The translations under genes and the position numbers were made by a program. Below are positions 18,555-27,523 of a stretch of 64,000 nucleotides of DNA, in pieces. The DNA is taken from positions 1-64,000 of IMG/VR virus record IMGVR_UViG_3300042923_001771; one strand, 5' to 3'. The notes under the pieces are model-generated. The model was not told the DNA's origin and ran no database searches. It was given only the letters and a program-made list of their open reading frames with translations. Position 1 is the first letter of the stretch. Each line of letters begins with the position of its first letter. The DNA is from a virus (lineage: Duplodnaviria; Heunggongvirae; Uroviricota; Caudoviricetes).

Positions 18555-20753
18555 ATGTCTAAAAAAATTAAGTTTGTTGGTTTTAAATCTGATGTTAATG
18601 GTGAATCATTAAAGTTATCCTTATATCAGTATAATGAAGATGTTAAATTTTTAAATTTAAAAGAGGGCGAAGAAATTACTATTTCAGATAGTGAATTTAA
18701 TTTATTACCTCAGAAGCTATTTACTAGCGGTAAATTAGTTTTAATTGAAGACGAAAATTTTAGTTCACTAAATGATGAAATTGATTTAGTAAATTTAAAA
18801 TTAGATGGAACAATTAATGTTAAAGAATTTGGTGCAAAAGCTGATTATTACGGCGCTAGAACTGATGATACACAGGCTTTTCGTGATGCTCTTTATTATG
18901 CAATTATGAATAAGAAGGTTTTAAGGATACCAAACGGAGAGTATTATATAACTGATAACATACTAACAGATGAAGCGCAAGCTGCATTGATTAGTAGGCT
19001 TTATGGAAGATTGGTAATTGAGGGAGACTCAGTAGCAAATACAATTATCATGTTTAGACCTACAAATGTAAATACACCGTTTATAGGAGTAAAAAAGACA
19101 TCCGAGGCTTATATATCTAATATTTTTATCGCCGGGGATGCGAATAAGAAAGGCATTGGTTTAGAACTTGGAGAATTTGTTGCAAATCCACTCAACTATG
19201 GTGAGATTGCAAGATCGGTTTTTAGAAGTATTCGTACCTATGGTTTGAATATTGGTATAGATCACAAATCGGGATGGTGCAATGACTTTTACAATTGTAT
19301 AACCAATAACTGCAACACAGGAACTCGTGTTGTAGGAAACATACTTAACTTTTACGGTCATGTATCTGAATTGAATAATATTGGTGTAGATATAGGTCTT
19401 GATGAAAGTACTGCCCAACATAGTTCTATAAATTTTTATGGCGCAACTGTTGAAGCAAATAACGGATTTGATGGAAATACACCGGGAATTGGATTTAAAG
19501 TTAGACAATGCACTGATTTAAACTTGTTCGGAATTTACATGGAGTTAAACAAATTGGCGCACATTCACGCAGGTACAGATGCTGGAGATAAGATTGAATC
19601 ATTAAATATCTACGGTGGAAGTTGGCATTACAATAATCCTCTTATCTTTGACAGAGTGGATAATTTGACCGTTAAAGGAACAGGAATGATGGGGATATAC
19701 TCCATTAAAGTTACAGAAAATGTAAAAGTTGCTGATATTCAGCCTATCTATCAAAATCATTTAAATACAGGTTCAGGGTCATTCGATTGGATTGAGGTTG
19801 TTGGAAAAAACACTCAATCAAATGTCCCTTGGTACCAAAATAATCTTTCAAAAATTAATATTCCAACACCCATTGTAGCCACGCCAGTGAATTTAGATAC
19901 AAATGGGTATCTTAAAATTCAAGGTTTAAAGAACGGCACATTATCTGAACACGCTGATGTAATAACTGGTACAAAGGCAATAAAATATACAGCTGCTGCT
20001 GGAGATACTTTTGCCGGCATTTATATGACGCTTCTTCCAGAGAAATTGCCTCCTTCTGACTTTTTATCCCTTAAACTAATTTCTTATCTGAGTTCTACGG
20101 CTACAGCCTTTAGAAGACAGATAATTGTTAGATATAAGGACTTGGGTGATGTTTTAAAAGGTTACACTACATTTGATCATAATTCTGCATATGACGTTGC
20201 TGTTTCAAAAATTATAGATAAGTATACACAGTACATTACTCCAATTAACTTGGATGTTGTTAAGAAACTACCTGATTTTGCTTCAATCTATGATATTCAA
20301 ATTAACATTCAAATTGTTACAACTCCGGCTGCAAACGGTACAGAATGGTTTGCGATTGACAGTTTGGAGATTTACCCGACGAAATATATCGCTAATAACT
20401 TTAATAACTTACCATTCCAGTCCTTGTATTCACCTTCAACAATTTCTTCTCCAGAAATTTTAAATATCGGTGATGGGACTGCGATAAAGAAACATATTGG
20501 TGCAGCAGTAACATTTGATGCTCCCAGTATTGCAGCAAACTCTTTAGTGGAAGTAACTGTTACAGTTACTGGTGTAGCTTTAGGAGATACTATCGTAGCA
20601 ACTCCTGGCACTAGTTTATCTGCTGAGGCGAGTTTAATTTGGTCAGCATATGTTAGTGCAGCTGATACAGTTAGAATTAGGTTGGCTAATATTTCTGGAT
20701 CTGCTATAGATCCAATAAATAGAACTTGGAGAATAGATGCTTGGAGACACTAA
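18555..20753 (+). CDS. receptor-binding protein paralog 3 (shared anchor, beta-helix, divergent C-terminal domain)
   Basis: Its N-terminal 60 aa are nearly identical to those of the 16794 gene; 733 aa. Confidence 0.75.
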   Translation: MSKKIKFVGFKSDVNGESLKLSLYQYNEDVKFLNLKEGEEITISDSEFNLLPQKLFTSGKLVLIEDENFSSLNDEIDLVNLKLDGTINVKEFGAKADYYGARTDDTQAFRDALYYAIMNKKVLRIPNGEYYITDNILTDEAQAALISRLYGRLVIEGDSVANTIIMFRPTNVNTPFIGVKKTSEAYISNIFIAGDANKKGIGLELGEFVANPLNYGEIARSVFRSIRTYGLNIGIDHKSGWCNDFYNCITNNCNTGTRVVGNILNFYGHVSELNNIGVDIGLDESTAQHSSINFYGATVEANNGFDGNTPGIGFKVRQCTDLNLFGIYMELNKLAHIHAGTDAGDKIESLNIYGGSWHYNNPLIFDRVDNLTVKGTGMMGIYSIKVTENVKVADIQPIYQNHLNTGSGSFDWIEVVGKNTQSNVPWYQNNLSKINIPTPIVATPVNLDTNGYLKIQGLKNGTLSEHADVITGTKAIKYTAAAGDTFAGIYMTLLPEKLPPSDFLSLKLISYLSSTATAFRRQIIVRYKDLGDVLKGYTTFDHNSAYDVAVSKIIDKYTQYITPINLDVVKKLPDFASIYDIQINIQIVTTPAANGTEWFAIDSLEIYPTKYIANNFNNLPFQSLYSPSTISSPEILNIGDGTAIKKHIGAAVTFDAPSIAANSLVEVTVTVTGVALGDTIVATPGTSLSAEASLIWSAYVSAADTVRIRLANISGSAIDPINRTWRIDAWRH

Positions 20754-20784
20754 TCAGTTAAGATGATTGATGTCTAAATAAATT

Positions 20785-20827
20785 AAAAAATCCCTAATCT
20801 TTGTAAAATAAGATTAGGGATTTTTTA
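20785..20827. terminator. bidirectional rho-independent terminator
   Basis: tccctaatct-ttgtaaaata-agattaggga with A/T-run flanks, between convergent operons. Confidence 0.7.
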
Positions 20828-20840
20828 ATTTGTAAATTAA

Positions 20841-21146
20841 TTATCCAAAATATCCAATTGTTATTGTTGCGTTTGTTAATTCAACATAAATTCCATTTTT
20901 AGCTCTTAATGGGATAGCAAATTGAGTAAATTTTGAAGATTCTCCAGCATTAATTGTAGCCTCAAAGATTATATCTCCTGTAGAATCTCCATCTTTTACA
21001 ACTATGTTTCCAACTCCACTGCCTATTAAATTAATAAAAGAAATAAAAGCTTCGTCCGCTGAAACAGACCCACTTGCAATTATTTTTTTACTCATGCAAA
21101 AATTTGTCATGCTCATACAATCACCTCTGTTTTTTTGTAAGTTCAT
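20841..21146 (-). CDS. hypothetical protein
   Basis: 101 aa minus-strand ORF. Confidence 0.5.
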   Translation of the reverse strand: MNLQKNRGDCMSMTNFCMSKKIIASGSVSADEAFISFINLIGSGVGNIVVKDGDSTGDIIFEATINAGESSKFTQFAIPLRAKNGIYVELTNATITIGYFG

Positions 21147-21160
21147 ATATAAATATGTTT

Positions 21161-21679
21161 TTATGAATATTTTATTTTTATTGTCTCTTTTGTTAGAGGG
21201 TTAAATCTTATAATTTTTCTTTCTAGTTTCTCTGCATATTTTACGCAGTTTCTTGTTCCACCTAAACTACCATTCCAAACTGCTAATATAAGTTGTGACC
21301 GATCCACCATCCACTCATTTCTTACTTGGAGTAAATAATTACTAGTAAACTTGCCTTTATGAACGTAGTGTATTTGATCTGCTTTATTATTTATTTCTTC
21401 TAAATGTTGTTGAGCTGATAATGGCCAATTGTCACCAAAATCATAATAAGGAATTGCCATTAAAAGTTTTACATTTTTGTTTTGTTCTTTTTTTCTAAGA
21501 ACTATGTCTGCTGCCCACTGATCAATTCCTTGAGCTGCTCCAGAAATAAATGTAACATCATCCTTTAGATTAATCAATTTGTCAATGTATTCTTCAAGCC
21601 AATCAGATACGTGTTGTGGACAAGTTACATTCCAACCACCAAAATCTTTTGGTCTGTGTCCAGTAAAACAAACATTCAT
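21161..21679 (-). CDS. YpsA-like SLOG-family protein (DUF1273)
   Basis: N-terminal VCFTGHRP plus the ISGAAQGIDQWAA Rossmann-like core. Confidence 0.55.
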   Translation of the reverse strand: MNVCFTGHRPKDFGGWNVTCPQHVSDWLEEYIDKLINLKDDVTFISGAAQGIDQWAADIVLRKKEQNKNVKLLMAIPYYDFGDNWPLSAQQHLEEINNKADQIHYVHKGKFTSNYLLQVRNEWMVDRSQLILAVWNGSLGGTRNCVKYAEKLERKIIRFNPLTKETIKIKYS

Positions 21680-21779
21680 AAAATCACCTCTATATAGAAT
21701 TTGTTAGAGATATTCTATGAAAATGTTGTTTGCAAATTAAAAGGAAGCTCTTTTTGAGAGCTCCCTTAATAATTTCTAT

Positions 21780-22046
21780 TTAATCTTCATTTTTAAATCT
21801 TGCAGCTTCAACCTTAAAATCATGATAACAATAATGACAAACTATTGCTGTTTGTAGAATTTCATTTGAACATTTAGGACAAACCTTTTTAGCTTTAATT
21901 TTTTTTGGTAAGCAAGCTATGATAATAAGACCAACAACGCCAGTTAAGATACCAAGAAAGACCCAAAGCCAAACTCTTCTACCTTTTGCATTAGCAATTA
22001 ATCCACAAAATAAACCAAAAAGAAGCCAAAAAAATACCATTTCCAT
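21780..22046 (-). CDS. membrane-anchored Zn-ribbon protein
   Basis: Two TM helices then CPKCSNE..CHYCYH. Confidence 0.55.
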   Translation of the reverse strand: MEMVFFWLLFGLFCGLIANAKGRRVWLWVFLGILTGVVGLIIIACLPKKIKAKKVCPKCSNEILQTAIVCHYCYHDFKVEAARFKNED

Positions 22047-22063
22047 CTAAATCACCTCCAATT

Positions 22064-22459
22064 TTAATTAAGCGATAAAGCTTTTTTAGTTTTACCAATC
22101 GCTTTCTTTATTTTGGAGCCGCAATAAATTCTTTCATCATAGGTCTCAATTCTTTCTACTTCATCAACAATTGAATAAAATACTTCAGTCGCTTCAGGTC
22201 CATTTGGTTTAGTTACCCAATCTCTATCGAAGTTCGCGATAACAGACAACCAAAATACATCTTCAGTTGTGCTATCTTCAACCTCTCCGTTGCGAACAAC
22301 CAATTTAGTAATACGACCTTTATCTAGACCGTTTTTACTCTTTTCATCATCAACTTTTCCGTACCATTCATATAAGTGATTGTTGCAAGTTGCAGTACCT
22401 GAAATCCAATAACTATCATCTTCAACTTTATGAATAGTAACTTCAACTGGTTTTGTCAT
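22064..22459 (-). CDS. hypothetical protein
   Basis: First gene of the minus-strand operon; RBS gaggaggactagg. Confidence 0.55.
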   Translation of the reverse strand: MTKPVEVTIHKVEDDSYWISGTATCNNHLYEWYGKVDDEKSKNGLDKGRITKLVVRNGEVEDSTTEDVFWLSVIANFDRDWVTKPNGPEATEVFYSIVDEVERIETYDERIYCGSKIKKAIGKTKKALSLN

Positions 22460-22594
22460 ATCCTAGTCCTCCTCATTATATTATGTGGTTATTATATTTT
22501 ATTAAACAAAGGAATTATTTAGAACACTTTTTAACAAAATGTTACTTATTAAATATTATATATTTAATTTAACTGGACGGAGGGAGATTAATTC

Positions 22595-23068
22595 ATGGAC
22601 AAAATGCTTCAAAGATATTCATCAGATATAAAACATATTGAGATGTGGCATAATCTCACAAGATTTAAGTTTAAAAAGATACATATTTTTGGTCATGAAA
22701 TTAGAGTACCAATAAAATATGCTGATGAATTTGAAGAAAAAATTTCCGCATTGGAAGTAATGATGGAGATGACTAATGCTAGTTACTCAATTCGTTCAAA
22801 TCATACTATGATAGAAATTGCATTATTAGATGAATATGGTATGATTGATGTAGCACTTGATTTAGAATTTTATTTTGGCTTCATGGTTATAACAAATAAG
22901 AAATTTAAAAAAGGTTCAAGGTTAAAAAGAGTAAGTTTTAAAAAGCTGCATATGATTGTAAATAATAACGGCGCTATGCAAGCTGAATGGATTCATTCAA
23001 TTAGTGAAAGTGACAAATTTCATTTGATTGTCGATAAAGCAATAGAGTATTTTAGGGGGTCAAAATGA
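22595..23068 (+). CDS. hypothetical protein
   Basis: RBS ggagggag. Confidence 0.55.
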   Translation: MDKMLQRYSSDIKHIEMWHNLTRFKFKKIHIFGHEIRVPIKYADEFEEKISALEVMMEMTNASYSIRSNHTMIEIALLDEYGMIDVALDLEFYFGFMVITNKKFKKGSRLKRVSFKKLHMIVNNNGAMQAEWIHSISESDKFHLIVDKAIEYFRGSK

Positions 23069-23499
23069 AATCAGTTGACGAGATATTTGAACTTTTAGAT
23101 TCGTATATTGTTGGAATGACCTTGTTTGATACAAATATAGAATCATCTATTAAAGCCATGGACTATGATATATATGATGCTTGGGATTACGATAATCCTC
23201 CATGTTATTCTGTGTTAATGGTAAATAGAAAAGAAAGAAGTACTTTTAAATTTAGTAAAAACATGAGGGACAATGAGTTGGTTTGGGAAGTAAGAGATTT
23301 TGGAGAAAAACACAAAACATTACTTGAAAGTGTATATAATGATTTTAAAAACGCAAATAGACAAAAATCTGGCATACATGTCAATTGGAATATCAATTCC
23401 GATGGTTCATTTAGATTTTGTGGTTACTTTATTGGACGTGGTGATTATGTATTAAACATAATGAAACAATATGTTTCGAACGGAGGAAAAGCGCAATGA
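23065..23499 (+). CDS. hypothetical protein
   Basis: ATGA overlap coupling. Confidence 0.55.
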   Translation: MKSVDEIFELLDSYIVGMTLFDTNIESSIKAMDYDIYDAWDYDNPPCYSVLMVNRKERSTFKFSKNMRDNELVWEVRDFGEKHKTLLESVYNDFKNANRQKSGIHVNWNINSDGSFRFCGYFIGRGDYVLNIMKQYVSNGGKAQ

Positions 23500-24143
23500 A
23501 ATCTTTTGGATGTATTGGCTTAACTGGCGGAATTTCGTGCGGCAAGTCAACGGTATCAAAAATTCTAACTGAAGATTACAATGCAATTATTATCGATGCT
23601 GATAAGATTGCAAGAGAACTCTGTGAACCAGGAGAAATTATTCATAGTGCTTTGAAATTAGGATTTACTGCAGAACGCAACTATAAAAAATACTTCAATA
23701 AAGATGGTACACTCAATAGAAAAGCTTTAGCCGACTTAATGTTTAGAGATAAAGAGGCTAAAAAAAGCATTGAACAAATGATGCATCGCTATATTAAGAT
23801 TGAAACAATTCTTAAGGCTGGTAATGCTTTTATGGAAGAATATCAAAAAGAAGTTAAGAGGCCAATTGTTTTAGACATACCACTTTTGTTTGAAGCTAAA
23901 ATGGAAGATTTAGTTTTAAAAACCATTGTTGTTCATCTTGATCCTAAAGAACAATTAAGACGTTTGATGGAACGTAACAATCTTTCAAAAGAAGATGCAT
24001 TGATTCGTATTCATGCGCAAATGGAGCCATATGAAAGATTAATACGTAGTGATTTTATCCTAGACAACAATGGAACTATTGATAATTTAAAAAACGGTAT
24101 TGATAGAATCATGAACAAACTTGGTTATTCAAAGAATCAATAA
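23496..24143 (+). CDS. coaE: dephospho-CoA kinase
   Basis: IGLTGGISCGKSTVS P-loop and overall CoaE layout; ATGA-coupled. Confidence 0.7.
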   Translation: MKSFGCIGLTGGISCGKSTVSKILTEDYNAIIIDADKIARELCEPGEIIHSALKLGFTAERNYKKYFNKDGTLNRKALADLMFRDKEAKKSIEQMMHRYIKIETILKAGNAFMEEYQKEVKRPIVLDIPLLFEAKMEDLVLKTIVVHLDPKEQLRRLMERNNLSKEDALIRIHAQMEPYERLIRSDFILDNNGTIDNLKNGIDRIMNKLGYSKNQ

Positions 24144-24157
24144 CATGGGAGGTAATT

Positions 24158-24442
24158 ATGTTACTATCTTATTCTGATGCTATGAAAAAGATATTTCGTT
24201 TCAAACAAGTTCCTCCAATAATTGCTATAATAATGTTTTTTACATATCCACTATATTGGTTGTTGAGAGGTATTTTTTGGATGTTTGGGTTTTGGAGATG
24301 TAAAAATTGTACTAAGCTTTTTTCAGTTTACTCAGTTAAAAATAAAGTATCTAAAAAAATTAGATATGATAACAATAGTTACTACATTGAAACCGATTGT
24401 TATTGCGATTCTTGTATTGTTGGAAAACATCTAACCGAATAA
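24158..24442 (+). CDS. membrane protein with C-terminal Cys cluster
   Basis: TM segment IIAIIMFFTYPLYWLL; CKNC..CYCDSC. Confidence 0.5.
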   Translation: MLLSYSDAMKKIFRFKQVPPIIAIIMFFTYPLYWLLRGIFWMFGFWRCKNCTKLFSVYSVKNKVSKKIRYDNNSYYIETDCYCDSCIVGKHLTE

Positions 24443-24453
24443 GAGGGAGAAAT

Positions 24454-24729
24454 ATGATTGATATATTTGCTAGTGATTCTATTTGTCCAATTTGTAGTGG
24501 TAAAGTATCTCATATTGGTCAAGATGAAAGAGAATGCGAGAATGGATGTTATGGGTCTTGGGATTTCACAAGAACGCAAGTTGTTGGTGGGGTAACTTTG
24601 TTTGGTAAAGAATATTTCCCGTTCCGCAATGGTGGAGACTTGTTAAAAAAAGAAAAACTTTTAATGGAAAGAATTAAATATTGGAAAGAGAATGATCGTT
24701 ATATTGCCGAATTAATGAGTAAGGAGTAA
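24454..24729 (+). CDS. Zn-ribbon protein, YWK-ND-RY family, copy C
   Basis: CPICSGK..CENGCY..IKYWKENDRYIAELM; RBS agagggag. Confidence 0.55.
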   Translation: MIDIFASDSICPICSGKVSHIGQDERECENGCYGSWDFTRTQVVGGVTLFGKEYFPFRNGGDLLKKEKLLMERIKYWKENDRYIAELMSKE

Positions 24730-24733
24730 TGAT

Positions 24734-26041
24734 GTGAAAAAACAACCTTTAGCAGATAGAATGAGACCAGAAAATCTAGATGAATACATTGGTCAAAAGC
24801 ATATTTTTGGAGAAGGAAAACTCTTAAGAAGAGCTATTGAAATTGATGCTCTTCGTTCAATTATACTCTATGGTCCTCCGGGCGCAGGTAAAACATCTGC
24901 AGCAAAAGTTATCTCAAAAATGACAAAATCAATCTTCGTTCAATTAAATGCTACTGAAGCCTCTAAGGGTGATGTTAAGGACGTAATTGAACAGGCTAAA
25001 AAAGCTTATATTGGACAACAATTAAGAACAATTCTTTTTATAGATGAGATTCATCGTTTTAATAAAGGTCAACAAGATACTTTACTTCCAGCCGTTGAGG
25101 ATGGTACAGTTATTCTTGTTGGAGCTACGACAGAAAATCCATTCTTTGAAGTAAACGGAGCATTGTTATCTCGCTCAACTATATTCAAACTTGAATCACT
25201 TACAAAAGAAGACATAAAAGAGGCTTTAATTAAGGCTCTAGAGTCACCTAAGGGACTAAAAGATTATCCTGTAGAGATGTTTGATGAAGCTTTAGAACAC
25301 TTAGCTGATGCATCTAATGGGGATTTGAGAAATGCTTACAATGCATTAGAATTGGCCGTTTTGACCACACCTATTGGTAGAACTGGCACAGTTTGCATAA
25401 CACTTGAAGTAGCTGAAGAATCTATACAACAAAGAATGATTCAATATGATAAGGGTGGAAGTCATCATTACGACACAATGTCTGCTTTTATTAAATCTAT
25501 GCGTGGTGGAGATGCAACTGCCGCACTTCATTATTTTGCAAGAATGATTACTGCTGGAGAAGATCCAAAAGCGTTAGCTAGAAGAATTATCATTCACGCT
25601 TCAGAAGACGTTGGTATGGCAAATCCTCAAGCACTTCAAGTTGCAGTTGCTGCTTTTCATGCATTAGAAATTTGTGGTATTACAGAAGGCAGAATTCCTC
25701 TTGCTGAAGCCATTATTTTTATTTGCGAATCATCAAAAAGTAATTCCGTGTACAATGCAATTAATAAAGCATTTGAAGATGTTAAAAACAAACCGTTGGG
25801 ACAAGTGCCAAACTCATTGAGAGATACTCATTATAAAGGTGCAAAAGATTTTGGAAATGGTGAAGGGTATATCTATCCTCACAATATCCCAGGTGGATGG
25901 ACGCCACAACAATACGCTCCCGACAATATTCATGGGTCAGAATATTACAAACCATCTAATAATGGATTTGAAGTAAATGTAAAGAAAGCTCGCCAACAAA
26001 AATTAGAACGATATCAACAATGGAAAGATGGTTTTAAATAA
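24734..26041 (+). CDS. rarA: RarA/MgsA-type recombination-associated AAA+ ATPase
   Basis: GPPGAGKTS Walker A; FIDEIHRFNKGQQDTLLPAVEDG; whole length collinear with RarA. Confidence 0.8.
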   Translation: MKKQPLADRMRPENLDEYIGQKHIFGEGKLLRRAIEIDALRSIILYGPPGAGKTSAAKVISKMTKSIFVQLNATEASKGDVKDVIEQAKKAYIGQQLRTILFIDEIHRFNKGQQDTLLPAVEDGTVILVGATTENPFFEVNGALLSRSTIFKLESLTKEDIKEALIKALESPKGLKDYPVEMFDEALEHLADASNGDLRNAYNALELAVLTTPIGRTGTVCITLEVAEESIQQRMIQYDKGGSHHYDTMSAFIKSMRGGDATAALHYFARMITAGEDPKALARRIIIHASEDVGMANPQALQVAVAAFHALEICGITEGRIPLAEAIIFICESSKSNSVYNAINKAFEDVKNKPLGQVPNSLRDTHYKGAKDFGNGEGYIYPHNIPGGWTPQQYAPDNIHGSEYYKPSNNGFEVNVKKARQQKLERYQQWKDGFK

Positions 26042-26065
26042 ATCTTTAATCTGTTAAAGATAGTC

Positions 26066-26120
26066 TGCTATATAATAATAATATAATTATTAAATAATAA
26101 AAAAGAAAAGAGGACACAAG
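26066..26120 (+). promoter_or_regulatory. TATATAATAAT-class promoter/5-prime UTR module
   Basis: ctgcTATATAATAATaatataattatTAAATAATAAaaaagaaaagagga, related to the modules at 50835 and 58137. Confidence 0.35.
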
Positions 26121-26122
26121 AA

Positions 26123-27001
26123 ATGAAAACAAGGCTCGATCTCACAACAGCACAAGGTATTACTAAATTAGCAGGTGGAGTGGTTTGTGGTATTCTTTTA
26201 GTGAGTGCAATCTTTGGTAGTTTCAGCACTGTTGAGAATGGACATGTTGGTTTTAGAAAAACAATGGGTAGTCTTGGTTCTAAAGCACTAGAACCAGGAC
26301 TACACTTAAAATGGCCGTTTATCTCTGAAATTGTAGAGCTTAATACACAGGTGGCAAAGGCTGAAGCTGATGCAGCAGCATCTTCTAAAGATTTACAGCC
26401 GGTTCATAGTAAAGTAGTAATTAACTACGCTATTAATAAAAATTCCGGTTACGCTTTGCTAACTCAGATTGGTGCAGATTTTGATTCAAAAATTATCGCT
26501 CCTCATGTACAAGAAACCTTTAAAGGTGTAACCGCTAAGTATAGTGCTGAAGAGCTTGTTACAAAGCGTGAGCAAGTTGCGCTTGAAACAAGTGCATTGT
26601 TGAAGAAGTCCTTACTTGACTATCACATTGATGTCAAAGATATTTCTATTGTAAACTTTGATTTCTCTGAAGCATTTAACGATTCCATTGAACAAAAGCA
26701 AATTGCAGCTCAAAATACAATGAAAGCTCAAAATGAATTGGAAACTGCTAAAGTTGCAGCACAGCAAAATGTTGTTAAAGCTGAGGCAGATGCTCAAGCG
26801 AAAAAATCTGCATCAGATGCTCAACTATATGAAGACCAACAAAAAGCTAAAGGTAACTTAGAACTTGCAAAGTCTATCACACAAGAGTTGATTGATTACA
26901 AATTCTTGCAAAATTGGAAAGGCGAAGTACCTGATGCTTGGGGTAATGGTTCCCTTATCAACATGCTTCCTAGTAAAACGCCTGCACCAGTTGCTAAATA
27001 A
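26123..27001 (+). CDS. SPFH/band-7 (prohibitin/HflK-C-like) membrane protein
   Basis: N-terminal TM, SPFH core, then a coiled-coil Ala/Gln-rich tail. Confidence 0.7.
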   Translation: MKTRLDLTTAQGITKLAGGVVCGILLVSAIFGSFSTVENGHVGFRKTMGSLGSKALEPGLHLKWPFISEIVELNTQVAKAEADAAASSKDLQPVHSKVVINYAINKNSGYALLTQIGADFDSKIIAPHVQETFKGVTAKYSAEELVTKREQVALETSALLKKSLLDYHIDVKDISIVNFDFSEAFNDSIEQKQIAAQNTMKAQNELETAKVAAQQNVVKAEADAQAKKSASDAQLYEDQQKAKGNLELAKSITQELIDYKFLQNWKGEVPDAWGNGSLINMLPSKTPAPVAK

Positions 27002-27013
27002 TTTAATTAAAAT

Positions 27014-27040
27014 AAAGGGAGCCGTAAGGCTCCTTTTCTG
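27014..27040 (+). terminator. rho-independent terminator
   Basis: aaagggagcc-gtaa-ggctccttt followed by a T-run. Confidence 0.65.
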
Positions 27041-27055
27041 TTTAAGGAGGAAACA

Positions 27056-27433
27056 ATGTACAGTTACGAAATATTAGGAAAACAAATTAGCTTTGATTTC
27101 CCTGTTGATGAAGTTGTAGACTTACTTGACAATATTAGAATGATTGGACATTTAACTGGATATGATATTGACGCTTTTTATAGTGAGGGACAACATTATG
27201 AGTATGGAATAAATGTTGGTATGTATGTAAGTCCCTTTATTAGGATTTGGTTAGGTAAGCCAGACAAATACGTAAACATCATTATGTTCCTAGACAATGA
27301 TGAAAATAAGAAGTTTCAAAGATTTAGCATTAATAGTGATGATAAAAGTAAAAAGAAAAGAAAATTTTCATTTGATGCGAAAGAATTTGATGACATTATT
27401 AAAAGACTTAAAAGAGTTGAAAGGTTTATTTGA
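27056..27433 (+). CDS. hypothetical protein
   Basis: RBS aaggagga. Confidence 0.5.
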   Translation: MYSYEILGKQISFDFPVDEVVDLLDNIRMIGHLTGYDIDAFYSEGQHYEYGINVGMYVSPFIRIWLGKPDKYVNIIMFLDNDENKKFQRFSINSDDKSKKKRKFSFDAKEFDDIIKRLKRVERFI

Positions 27434-27523
27434 GTTGCATATTTATTATGCAACTTTTTATTTTTATTCACATTTTGAATATAATATTTCTTATGGATTC
27501 TTAGGTGGAGAGTGATATAAATA

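Noticed and set aside
26042-26061. Hairpin atctttaa-tctg-ttaaagat right after the RarA stop, considered as a terminator
   Set aside because: No U-run follows. It lies inside the SPFH promoter module, so more likely part of that regulatory region than a terminator.
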